Assembly: GCA_964584075.1 (NCBI GenBank)
Contig: CAZOYV010000006.1
Span: 1-62,213, forward strand
Source of the DNA: an uncultured Rickettsiales bacterium
GTDB taxonomy: Bacteria; Myxococcota_A; UBA796; UBA9615; CAYRNR01
Direction: 5' to 3'
DNA length: 62,213 nt
Shown: in pieces, positions 42,974 to 51,704 of the stretch
How the letters are laid out: the number at the start of each line of letters is the position of its first letter
Numbering within the stretch: position 1 is the first letter of the stretch
The notes under the pieces: generated by a model
Database searches by the model: none
What the model saw: only the letters and a program-made list of their open reading frames with translations
What the model was told of the DNA's origin: nothing
Translations under genes and position numbers: made by a program

Positions 42974-43184
42974 AGCCCGCCACCACCACCCACTTCTCGC
43001 CCAGCACCAAGCGCCCGGTCCGCCCCCCAAGCCCCAGGAGGCACGGGCTGAACTGCCCGATCCGCCCCCGTCGCCCGCTTCCGGGACGACCCGGCTCTCG
43101 GGCGTTGCTGCTTCTCGCCCGCGAAGCCGTGAGGGCCCCCGAAGATCCTTTCCACCGGGGGATCCAAGAACATCAGTCATCGAT

Positions 43185-43290
43185 CTCGATCGCTCGATCT
43201 CGACAGCTCGATCCCGGACTCGATCTCGGCATCGGTCTCGAACTCGATCTCGATCTCGGAATCGGAACGGGTACCGTTCCCGATCTCGCA
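43185..43290 (+). repeat. Degenerate (CTCGAT)n hexamer tract ending in a hairpin
   Basis: About 17 imperfect CTCGAT-like units. ATCGGAACGG-GTA-CCGTTCCCGAT hairpin at its right end. Confidence 0.75.
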
Positions 43291-43303
43291 CACGCGCCGA
43301 GCC

Positions 43304-43337
43304 GTTCAGCTGCGGCCCGCGGGGCCGCCAGCTGCAA
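43304..43337 (-). repeat. 34-nt REP-like palindromic element, copy 2
   Basis: Minus strand TTGCAGCTGGCGGC-CCCGCGG-GCCGCAGCTGAAC. Confidence 0.75.
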
Positions 43338-43344
43338 CGGCGAG

Positions 43345-43380
43345 CTGAAACGCTGCGGCCTCTGGCCGACCGCGTTTCAG
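43345..43380. terminator. Hairpin immediately after the HtrA stop
   Basis: CTGAAACGC...GCGTTTCAG outer stem with a CGGCC/GGCCG inner stem. Confidence 0.5.
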
Positions 43381-44747
43381 GGCTTCTCCAGCGCCACGTA
43401 GCGGTACGACTCGTCCGGCCAGAAGAACACGTACATCAGCAGGTGGTCGCGCTTCGACTCCAGCGTCTGCTTGGCGATGTCGATCGGGTAGCGCACGTCG
43501 ACGCCGTCCACCGACAGGATCACGTCGCCCCAGTGGAACCCGGCGCGCTGCGCCGGGCTGCCCGGGCGGACGCCCTTGACCATCAGGCCGGGCGGGACGC
43601 CGCGCTCGGCGAGGAACGCGGCCAGCTGCTCGGGCAGGATGTCGACGTTGAACCCCAGGTCGTCGCCGGTGTGCTCGACCCGCTCGCGGGTGGCGAGCTG
43701 CATCGGCGGGGTCTCGGCGAGGACCAGCGCCACGGTCTGGGCCTTGCCCTCGCGATAGCGCTCCACCTCCACCTCGGCACCGGGACCCAGGTCGTACAGC
43801 TGGCGCTCGATGTCCCGCGCGATCTCGGCGGGGGCGCCCCCGACGCGCGTGATCACGTCGCCCGGCTGCAGCCCCGCGGCCGCGGCCGCGCCACCGTCCT
43901 CGACCATCGCGACCACCACGCCGGGGGTGCCCGCCGGGGCGCCCAGCAGCGTGCGCAGCGCCTCGTCGGCGTCCTGCAGCCGCATCTGCGACTGGCCGCG
44001 GACGACCCGCCCGTCGGCGATCAGCGCCGCCGCCACGGCGGTGGCCAGGTCGCACGAGATGGCGAGGCCGATGCCGGTACCCAGCCCGAGGATCATCGTG
44101 TTGATCCCGATCACGCGCCCCTCGATGTCCACCAGCGGGCCGCCGCTGTTGCCGGGGTTGATGCTGGCGTCGGTCTGCAGGAAGTCCTGGATCGGCAGGT
44201 CGCCGAGGCCCTGGCGGCCGGTGGCCGAGATGTGGCCGACGGTCATCGAGTAGGTCAGCCCGAACGGCGCCCCCAGTGCGATCGCCCACTGGCCGATCGC
44301 GATGTCGCCGCCGGTGGCGAACCGCGCCGGCCGCAGGCCGCCGGCCTCGATGCGGATCACCGCCAGGTCGGTGGCGGGGTCCTCGCCGACGACGGTGGCG
44401 GGGTGGACCCTGCCGTCGTGGGTCCGCACGGAGATCTCCACGGACCCGCGGACCACGTGGTAGTTGGTCAGGATGTGCCCCTGCTCGTCGAGGATCACGC
44501 CCGAGCCGCTGCCCTCGATCAGCGGCTCGAACCCGCCCGGGTCGTAGTCGAAGAACGGGTCCTCGTCGCGCTCGGGATCGCCCTGACCGGCCCAGGTGCT
44601 CTCGACCAGGATGAACACCACCGAGTCGCTGGCCTGCTCGGCGACCGCGATGAAGCGGTCCTGCAGCTCGGTGGCCACGTCGGCCGCCGCGAGGCGCGGG
44701 ATGAAGATCGTGACGATCGCCAGGGTCCATACGTTCCGGAAGGACAT
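43377..44747 (-). CDS. HtrA/DegP-like trypsin serine protease with two PDZ domains
   Basis: GSGSGVI, LTNYHVV, TDLAVI, QTDASINPGNSGG and two PDZ motifs (AAAAGLQPGDVI, AQRAGFHWGDVI). Confidence 0.95.
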   Translation of the reverse strand: MSFRNVWTLAIVTIFIPRLAAADVATELQDRFIAVAEQASDSVVFILVESTWAGQGDPERDEDPFFDYDPGGFEPLIEGSGSGVILDEQGHILTNYHVVRGSVEISVRTHDGRVHPATVVGEDPATDLAVIRIEAGGLRPARFATGGDIAIGQWAIALGAPFGLTYSMTVGHISATGRQGLGDLPIQDFLQTDASINPGNSGGPLVDIEGRVIGINTMILGLGTGIGLAISCDLATAVAAALIADGRVVRGQSQMRLQDADEALRTLLGAPAGTPGVVVAMVEDGGAAAAAGLQPGDVITRVGGAPAEIARDIERQLYDLGPGAEVEVERYREGKAQTVALVLAETPPMQLATRERVEHTGDDLGFNVDILPEQLAAFLAERGVPPGLMVKGVRPGSPAQRAGFHWGDVILSVDGVDVRYPIDIAKQTLESKRDHLLMYVFFWPDESYRYVALEKP

Positions 44748-44850
44748 GGATGCTCCGCGGTTGAGCGGCCGAGGCCGCCGGCGCTACCATCTGCAACACC
44801 CCCGGGCCGGTCGGCCATCCGCCGGGTCCCGCGGGGGGAACGGGGTCACC

Positions 44851-45987
44851 ATGGACATCGTACGGACTGCCGCCCTGGCTTGCACCGCCCTGCTGGGGCT
44901 CGCCGCGCTGCCGGCCCACGCCGAGGACGCGTACTTCTCGATGATGAACCTGCAGGGCGGCTCGAAGCTGTTCGCCGCCGTGGCGGAGTCCAGCCAGGAG
45001 AACAACGAGCGGGTCCAGCGCGAGGTCGTCACCACCGGCCGCGCGCTGGACGCCCTCGGCGACGCGCTGGCCGCCGCCAGGCTGCGCACCGGCACGATGC
45101 CGGCGGATCAGTCGGCGCGCCACGGGGAGCTGACCGCGTCGTTCGACCTGCAGTGGCAGCAGCTCAACGGCTTCGTCGACCAGCTGGTGATGGACACCGA
45201 CGCGGCGTTCATGGGCGCCCTCGATCGCCACGTGGTGGCGCTGCAGGAGGCCGAGGGGATCACGCTGGGGACCTGCGAGCCGCCCCAGGGCGTGCTGGGG
45301 ATGGCGATGGGCCAGGCCAGCTGCGAGGGCAAGGACTACACCGCCCAGCTGATCACCGCCCTGGACGCGGACGAGGAGCTGCAGACCGCGGTGGCCGAGA
45401 TCCGCGGCCGCAGCTGGCCCCAGATCCGCCCCGCGCGGACCACCGTGGCGCCGGTGGCGCTGGACAGCGGCGTGGCCCTCGAGGGCGATCCCGCCTGGTT
45501 CTCCCCGGTGGGCGTGATGCGCGAGGCCGACGCCGCCGAGCCGCTGCTGCTGGCCTACGAGGAGGCCTACCGGATGGCGCAGCGGGAGGTCGAGCGGGCC
45601 ACCGAGGTGCACCAGACCAACCGCCGGATGTACGCCGAGGAGTCCGCCTCGCTGTCGGCAGACGAGCGTACCGCTCGCGAGGCCGAGCTGCAGGCCGAGC
45701 TGGACCGGCTCAAGGCCGCCAGCGAGGCGCTCACGGCGTGGCGCGAGGAGACCAGCGCCGCCGCGCTGGCGCAGATCTGGGAGCAGGCCGCGGGCAAGAT
45801 CGGACCGCTGGAGAAGCAGCTGGGCACCACCGGCCTCGGCGTGTGCCTGCAGCCCGACGACCTCGGCGGCTGTACCGGCAGCGACCGCACCGCCGACGTG
45901 GCCGCCTACCTCGACGGCCAGAAGAAGATCGCCAGGGCGCTGGAGCAGCACGCCGACCAGATCGCCGCCCCCGACCTGGGGCTGTAG
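44851..45987 (+). CDS. Hypothetical secreted helical protein (~378 aa)
   Basis: Signal peptide ending AHA. Coiled-coil-like composition. Codon style matches neighbouring genes. Confidence 0.7.
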   Translation: MDIVRTAALACTALLGLAALPAHAEDAYFSMMNLQGGSKLFAAVAESSQENNERVQREVVTTGRALDALGDALAAARLRTGTMPADQSARHGELTASFDLQWQQLNGFVDQLVMDTDAAFMGALDRHVVALQEAEGITLGTCEPPQGVLGMAMGQASCEGKDYTAQLITALDADEELQTAVAEIRGRSWPQIRPARTTVAPVALDSGVALEGDPAWFSPVGVMREADAAEPLLLAYEEAYRMAQREVERATEVHQTNRRMYAEESASLSADERTAREAELQAELDRLKAASEALTAWREETSAAALAQIWEQAAGKIGPLEKQLGTTGLGVCLQPDDLGGCTGSDRTADVAAYLDGQKKIARALEQHADQIAAPDLGL

Positions 45988-45999
45988 GGCGCCGGACCG

Positions 46000-46890
46000 C
46001 TACCCCTCTCCTGCCACCAGGCTCTCCCGGATGCGCAGGTACCCCTCGTAGCGCGATCGCGGGATCTGCCCCGCCTCCACCGCGTCACGGATCCGGCAGT
46101 CGGGCTCCTGATCGTGGCCGCAGTCGTCGAACTGGCACCCGCCGAGGTGGGGCACGAACTCCGGGAAGTGGTGGGCCAGCTCCTCGGCGGCGACCGCCAG
46201 CCCGAGGCTGCGGACCCCCGGCGTGTCGACCAGCGCGCCCCCGCCGGGCAGCGGCACCCAGGTGGCGGTGGTGGTCGTGTGGCGGCCCCGGCCGGTGACG
46301 GCGTTGACCTCCCCGACGCGGATCCGTAGCCCCGGGACCAGGCGGTTGAGCAGCGACGACTTGCCCACCCCGGAGTGGCCCACCGCCACCGTGTCGTGGC
46401 CCTCCAGCGCCCCGGCGAGCTCGTCGATCCCGGCGCCGCTGGTGGCGCTGGTGACCACCACCCGGAACCCGGCGTCGCGGTACGGCCGCAGCAGCGCCTC
46501 GTCGTCCGCAGCGGCGCGGTCCCACTTGTTGACGCACAGCAGCGGCGTCAGCCCGCAGCTGGAGGCCGCGACGGTGATGCGGTCGGCCAGCCCGGCGCTG
46601 AAGTCCGGCTCGCGGATCGAGATCACCCCCAGCACCTGGTCGACGTTGGCCGCCCAGACGCGGTCCGGGAGCCCGGGCCGCCGGGGTGCGCGGCGCAGCG
46701 CGCGACCGCGCGGGAGGAGGACGCGGACGATGCCCTCGTCCCCCGATCGCTCGACGTCGACGAGGTCTCCGGCGGCCAGCGGACCGTGGTCGCGCAGCAG
46801 CGAGCCGACCACGTTGCACGCCACCAGCGCGTCGCCGAGTTCGCACACGACCTGCCGGCCGTAGACCGCGATGACCCGCGCCGAATCCAT
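46000..46890 (-). CDS. rsgA: Ribosome small subunit-dependent GTPase A
   Basis: Circularly permuted GTPase: NKWD, GHSGVGKS, RHTTT, DTPG, and the zinc motif CQFDDCGHDQEPDC. C-terminal part of ORF 46000..49533. Confidence 0.95.
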   Translation of the reverse strand: MDSARVIAVYGRQVVCELGDALVACNVVGSLLRDHGPLAAGDLVDVERSGDEGIVRVLLPRGRALRRAPRRPGLPDRVWAANVDQVLGVISIREPDFSAGLADRITVAASSCGLTPLLCVNKWDRAAADDEALLRPYRDAGFRVVVTSATSGAGIDELAGALEGHDTVAVGHSGVGKSSLLNRLVPGLRIRVGEVNAVTGRGRHTTTTATWVPLPGGGALVDTPGVRSLGLAVAAEELAHHFPEFVPHLGGCQFDDCGHDQEPDCRIRDAVEAGQIPRSRYEGYLRIRESLVAGEG

Positions 46891-47001
46891 GACAGCGACC
46901 TTCCACGACCTAGTGTAGAGGGGAACGGAGGCCACCGCACTCGATTGAGATTTCCCCCCATCTGGCCTAGCCTTGTGGCATCTCGAACCGGGGATGGAAC
47001 C

Positions 47002-49008
47002 ATGCAGATCCGCATCGTCGAGCTGAGCCTGATCGCGCTGGTCTCGCTGGCAGTCCTGGCGCCGTGGCACGCCGCGGCCCAGGAACAGGGCGCCGGGGAC
47101 TCCGAAGGGGAGGGAGCCGACGGGGCTCCCGCGGGGGACGCGAGCGACGAGTCTCCGCCAGCCGGAGACGAGGCCGGCGAGGAGGAGGCGCCTCCCGCGG
47201 AGGCGCCCGCCGAGGCACCCGCGGAGGCGCCCGCCGAGGAGCCGCCACCGCCGCCGCCCGAGGAGCCTGCCGCGGCGGAGAAGCCCGCGCGCAAGGCCGA
47301 TCGCAGCGCCGCGTTCGTCTACGGCCCGCTCAACACCGCCGTCGGCCGCGAGGCCGCGGTGGCGCTGCTCGACGAGCGGCTCGCCGCCAGCGAGGGGATG
47401 CCCGGCCGCGTGCTGCGGATGGACGAGGTCCCGTTCGAGGAGAGCGAGCCGCTGTGGATCCTCGGCGGCGCCAGCGACGAGATCTGCGCCGAGGGCGGCG
47501 TGGCACCCAACTGGGCGACGGTGATCGACACCGCGCGGACCCAGCTCGACGGCCTGGAGACCAAGGCCGCCCAGGCGACGCTGGTCGAGGCCCTCGATCG
47601 GCTGGCGTGCACCGACGTGGTGATCGAGCGCGAGGTGCTGGGCCAGCTGTACATGCTGCGCGGCCTGGCCCAGTACTACGAGGGCGGCGAGGAGGCCGCG
47701 CGCCAGGACTTCCGCCGCGCCGCCACGGTCAACCCCGGGATCAAGTGGGACGACAGCTACCCGCCCGAGCCGAAGATGGTCTACCTCAAGGCCCGCGAGG
47801 ACATCTACCTGCAGGCCCGCGGCCGGGTCGAGGCGATGTTCCTGCCCGGCGAGGTGCTGCAGGTCGTGGTCGACGGCCAGACCGCCACCTCGGGCACGGC
47901 CGGCGGGATGGACGTGCACCCCGGGTTCCACCTGGTGCAGTACCTGATGCCGGACCAGACGCTGTGGTCCCGCGTGACCTACATCGAGGGCGGCGAGACG
48001 CGGCTGCTGGTCAGCCGCAGCGGGATGGCCGAGTCGATCCTGCTGGGCGGCTCCGACCCGGCGAACGCCCCGGTGGCGCGGGCGCTGATGCAGCGGCTGT
48101 GCGACGAGTGGGCGGTCCAGACGATCTACGTCGCCGACGTCGAGGACGGCGCCGACGACGAGGCCTACGTCTACCGCTTCAGCAAGGAGGGGGCGCGGTT
48201 CGAGCGGCTGCTGCCGCCGGTCCGCGAGGTGGCCGTGGGCGACACCCCGCCGGTGGAGGTGCGCTCCACGGTGGAGGGCCTGCTGGTGCTGCCCAACGCG
48301 GTCGCCGAGGGCTCCACCGCGACGATCACCGCCGAGGGCAGCGCGCTGAGCGCCGACGCCCGGATCTACCTCGGCGAGTACGAGGTGATGAACCTCAAGC
48401 ACGCCACGGCGCGCAGCACGTTCGCGCTGCCGGACAAGATCCCGGCCGGCGTCTACGACGTGCGGGTCGTGATGGCCGACGGCGACGAGACGACCTTCCC
48501 GCGGGCGTTCAGCGTGATCGGCGACACGCGCAGCCAGGTGGTCACGACCACGCCGCAGCAGATCGTCGTGGTCCAGGCCGGCGGCTCGGCGCTCCCCGAG
48601 CCCGAGGAGCGGCTGCGGATCGGGTTCCACTGGGGCTTCACGTACTACCGCGGCACGTGGGCCAACATGGATCTGGAGATGGACGTGCGCCTCGGCGAGG
48701 GGTTCTGCCTCGACGGCGGGATCGGCACGTTCATGGTCCACGACTACTACCCGCACGCCTACTGGCGGGCCGGGTTCAAGGTCCGCTGGTACCCCAAGAT
48801 CGTGCACGGGTTCTTCTCGGTCAACTTCCAGCAGCTGTTCGAGGACCTGCACATGGGGCCGCGCGCCGCGGTGGGGCTGGACTTCGTGATCCCCCACATC
48901 AAGCACTTCTACTTCACCGTCGAGACCGGCGGCGGCGTGATGTTCGAGAACGAGCGAGAGCTGTACGGCTGGTACCACTTCATGGGTGGCACCGGGATGC
49001 GGTTCTGA
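47002..49008 (+). CDS. Large exported hypothetical protein: acidic linker, TPR-like/PEGA-like module, Ig/IPT-like domain, aromatic beta-rich C-terminus (~668 aa)
   Basis: Signal peptide. ARIYLG..PDKIPAGVYDVRVVMADG (IPT-like). Alternating aromatic strands ending GMRF. Confidence 0.7.
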   Translation: MQIRIVELSLIALVSLAVLAPWHAAAQEQGAGDSEGEGADGAPAGDASDESPPAGDEAGEEEAPPAEAPAEAPAEAPAEEPPPPPPEEPAAAEKPARKADRSAAFVYGPLNTAVGREAAVALLDERLAASEGMPGRVLRMDEVPFEESEPLWILGGASDEICAEGGVAPNWATVIDTARTQLDGLETKAAQATLVEALDRLACTDVVIEREVLGQLYMLRGLAQYYEGGEEAARQDFRRAATVNPGIKWDDSYPPEPKMVYLKAREDIYLQARGRVEAMFLPGEVLQVVVDGQTATSGTAGGMDVHPGFHLVQYLMPDQTLWSRVTYIEGGETRLLVSRSGMAESILLGGSDPANAPVARALMQRLCDEWAVQTIYVADVEDGADDEAYVYRFSKEGARFERLLPPVREVAVGDTPPVEVRSTVEGLLVLPNAVAEGSTATITAEGSALSADARIYLGEYEVMNLKHATARSTFALPDKIPAGVYDVRVVMADGDETTFPRAFSVIGDTRSQVVTTTPQQIVVVQAGGSALPEPEERLRIGFHWGFTYYRGTWANMDLEMDVRLGEGFCLDGGIGTFMVHDYYPHAYWRAGFKVRWYPKIVHGFFSVNFQQLFEDLHMGPRAAVGLDFVIPHIKHFYFTVETGGGVMFENERELYGWYHFMGGTGMRF

Positions 49009-49021
49009 CGGAGGCACGAGG

Positions 49022-49606
49022 ATGCAACGGACCACGGCATGGGCGATCGCGCTGGCGCTGCTGCTGACCCCGGCGCAGGCGCTGGCCAAGAAGCCCGCCG
49101 ACGACGCGTTCAAGGCGTTCGAGGAGGAGCTGCTGCAGACCTCCGGGCTGGACGAGGACGACGAGAAGGCGCTCAAGCAGATCCGCAAGTGCGACAAGTT
49201 CGACGACATCTGGCAGCGCCACCTCGAGGACCCGCGCGAGTACGCCCTGTCGGGCACCCGCGACGAGCTGCGGCGCTCGGTGGCGTGCTGGGAGAAGGTC
49301 GAGAACAAGATGCCCACCGGCCACGAGGGCATCGACAGCTGGGTCGTGCAGTGGAACGGCTTCGTCAAGGGCGTCGAGCTGTGGGTCTGGGCCCGCATGG
49401 CGATCGAGGTCGGCGAGCGCGACAACTTCTGCACGCGCATCGCGTCGGCCGAGGAGCAGCTGCGGGCCACGGCCGAGGGGGCCCGGGCGCTGCCCGACCA
49501 GTTCACCACGGCCGAGGGCAAGGACCTGGCCAACGCGCCCTACATCGCGGTGGTCGACGTCCACACCGCGGTCCACAAGCACCGCGAAGACTCCGGGTGC
49601 GAGTAG
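49022..49606 (+). CDS. Hypothetical secreted protein (194 aa, 4 Cys)
   Basis: Signal peptide ending ALA. 13-nt gap after the upstream gene. Confidence 0.7.
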   Translation: MQRTTAWAIALALLLTPAQALAKKPADDAFKAFEEELLQTSGLDEDDEKALKQIRKCDKFDDIWQRHLEDPREYALSGTRDELRRSVACWEKVENKMPTGHEGIDSWVVQWNGFVKGVELWVWARMAIEVGERDNFCTRIASAEEQLRATAEGARALPDQFTTAEGKDLANAPYIAVVDVHTAVHKHREDSGCE

Positions 49607-50295
49607 CGCTGGTCGCCTCGCTCGTGGGCCTCGCGCTGTGGCCCGTGGGGGGGTGCAAGACGACCACCGCGACCACCCCGGCCGCGACGGTCGACGAGTC
49701 CGCCGGGAGCGCGTACGTCCCGCCGCCGCCCTACGTCTTCGAGGGGCTGCACCAGCTGGGACCGGCGGTCCTCGCCGGGGTGGGCTGGGGGCGGGCCGGC
49801 GCCGGCGAACTGGTCTCCGCCCTGCGGCTGGAGCGCTACGACACCGAGGAGACGCGCTGGGGCCCGCCCGGGGAGGACGTCCCGGTCCTGGAGGTGCACT
49901 CGGCCCGCCGGCTGTCGATCACCGCGTTCCTGTTCGACCGCGACGACGGGACGGTCCGCTCGGTGCTGATCCGCGACCTGCCCCACGCGCCGCCCCCGCA
50001 GGCCGAGATCACCGGCTTCCTGCCCTACCTCGAGGCCTTCCCGGGCAAGATCGGGGTCTACTCCTACCCCGAGGAGGACGGGACCCACGGAAAGCCGTAC
50101 CGGTTCCTGTTCGTCTCCGATCTGGGGGTCAAGTTCGGCCTCGGCCAGGAGGCCGACGGGCTGTGGTACCTCGACCACGTGGAGTACTTCGATCCGGCCT
50201 GGGACGCCGCGCGGCTGTCCGGCTACAAGTACGGCGGGGTGCTGGTCGAGCTGGACGTGATCACCCCCCTGGAGCGGCGCCGCGATGAGCAGTGA
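49597..50295 (+). CDS. Hypothetical lipoprotein (~232 aa)
   Basis: GTG start overlapping the upstream stop. Lipobox VGGC. C-terminal part of ORF 49039..50295. Confidence 0.65.
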   Translation: MRVALVASLVGLALWPVGGCKTTTATTPAATVDESAGSAYVPPPPYVFEGLHQLGPAVLAGVGWGRAGAGELVSALRLERYDTEETRWGPPGEDVPVLEVHSARRLSITAFLFDRDDGTVRSVLIRDLPHAPPPQAEITGFLPYLEAFPGKIGVYSYPEEDGTHGKPYRFLFVSDLGVKFGLGQEADGLWYLDHVEYFDPAWDAARLSGYKYGGVLVELDVITPLERRRDEQ

Positions 50296-50998
50296 CTCCC
50301 CGGGCGGCGGGTGCCTGACCGGACCGCTCGCCGCGGTGTTCCTGGTGGCGGCCGCGCCGTTCCTGGCGCTGTACGCGTTCCTCACCGGCAAGGGCGGCGA
50401 CCAGGCCCGCGAGCAGCTCCGGCTGCCGTACCTGGCGATCAGCAAGATGCACTCCGAGGACCGCCAGGCGCTGAACCGGGCGCGGCGCTCCGGGGAGCAG
50501 TGCCTCGAGACGCTGTACGGCAAGGCCGGCGAGGAGTTCCCCGAGTCGATGGTGCGCGAGACCGCCGAGGAGGTCCGCGGGCTGGTCGCCAAGGTCTACG
50601 AGGTCGGGGAGCGGCTGGCCGAGGCCCGCTCGTTCGCCCGCCAGCACGATCCCGACCAGATCGCCCGCGAGCAGGCCGACCTGGAGCTGAAGATGGAGGA
50701 GGCCTCGGGCCTCGACGAGAAGCGCGGGCTCGACCAGGCCGCCGAGGCGCTGGCCGATCGGGCGCGCCACGCCGCCACGATCAGCCAGGAGATCCGCTCG
50801 CTGTCCGCCCAGCTGAGCGCGGGCTCGCGGGCGCTCGAGGCGCTGCACGCCCAGCTCTCGCGCGTGTCGATCCAGCCGGACGACGCGAGCGCGCGGACCG
50901 ACACGTTGCTGCGCGAGGTGCGGGGCCACCAGCGGGACGCCAGTCGCGCGCTGGAGGCCTACGCCGCCACCGCGCGCGAGGTCTCCCGGCTGCGATAG
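50285..50998 (+). CDS. Hypothetical membrane-anchored coiled-coil protein (237 aa)
   Basis: One N-terminal hydrophobic segment followed by long amphipathic helices. Confidence 0.7.
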   Translation: MSSDSPGGGCLTGPLAAVFLVAAAPFLALYAFLTGKGGDQAREQLRLPYLAISKMHSEDRQALNRARRSGEQCLETLYGKAGEEFPESMVRETAEEVRGLVAKVYEVGERLAEARSFARQHDPDQIAREQADLELKMEEASGLDEKRGLDQAAEALADRARHAATISQEIRSLSAQLSAGSRALEALHAQLSRVSIQPDDASARTDTLLREVRGHQRDASRALEAYAATAREVSRLR

Positions 50999-51189
50999 CG
51001 GGTCCCGTTCGCTAGTGTTGGTTTTTCGGGTTTTCACAGTATTGCGAGCCCTCGGCGGTGCCGTTTTGATCGAACCGGCTTGCCAACAGAACCAAGGGCC
51101 GTGGTACCATCGGGCCAGCTTCTGTTGCCGGCTGAAAGTGGACCAGCTGTGTAGCGGCCGGCGGCGCCGGTCGGGAAAGGGAGAGAAGA

Positions 51190-51552
51190 ATGCTGCGACC
51201 GATCATGGGTGTGAGTGTGGCGCTGGCCTTCATGCTGGGCCTGGTGGGCTGCGGCCTCATCGGCGGTGGCGGGGACACCGAGACCCCCGAGGTGAAGACC
51301 CCGGAGGAGAAGGTCGAGGAGCCCACCAAGGAGGAGGAGGCCGAGGAAGAGGCCGAGGAGGAAGGCGAGGAGGCCGGCGACGAGGAGGCCGAGGAGGCCG
51401 GTGACGAGAAGGCCGGGGAGACGGCCGAGGCGCCGGCCGAGGAGAAGGCCGAGGAGGAGGCCACCCAGGCTCCCGCGACCTCCGGCTTCAACAAGGGTGG
51501 CCGGTCCACCGGTGGCCGCGGCTCCACCTCCGTCGCCAAGCCCAAGAAGTAG
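51190..51552 (+). CDS. Small Glu/Ala-rich low-complexity lipoprotein with a basic tail
   Basis: GGGAGAG RBS. Lipobox LVGC. E-rich body and KPKK end. Confidence 0.75.
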   Translation: MLRPIMGVSVALAFMLGLVGCGLIGGGGDTETPEVKTPEEKVEEPTKEEEAEEEAEEEGEEAGDEEAEEAGDEKAGETAEAPAEEKAEEEATQAPATSGFNKGGRSTGGRGSTSVAKPKK

Positions 51553-51571
51553 CGTACCAGCGCTGGATCGT

Positions 51572-51615
51572 CGCTCCGCCCGGCCCTCCGCCGCTGGAGG
51601 GCCGGGCGCCGAGCG
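51572..51615 (+). terminator. GC-rich hairpin after the small lipoprotein
   Basis: GCCCGGCCCTCC-N6-GGAGGGCCGGGC, extended by CGCTC/GAGCG. No U-tract. Confidence 0.5.
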
Positions 51616-51704
51616 TCGTCGCCGAGTCGGGACCGCGGTGCCAGCCCCGGGGGGCAGCGTCCGCGGTTTTGCTGTTCTACAATGCGTTGGAAGCGAGGCC
51701 GCCG

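Noticed and set aside
42839-43291. ORF 42839..43291 (-) encoding RD repeats
   Set aside because: Translation of the hexamer tract, antisense to the FHA gene, with no RBS or domain.
46891-49533. Apparent 881-aa N-terminal extension of RsgA
   Set aside because: Antisense to real plus-strand genes; the RsgA motifs begin at MDSARV (46890).
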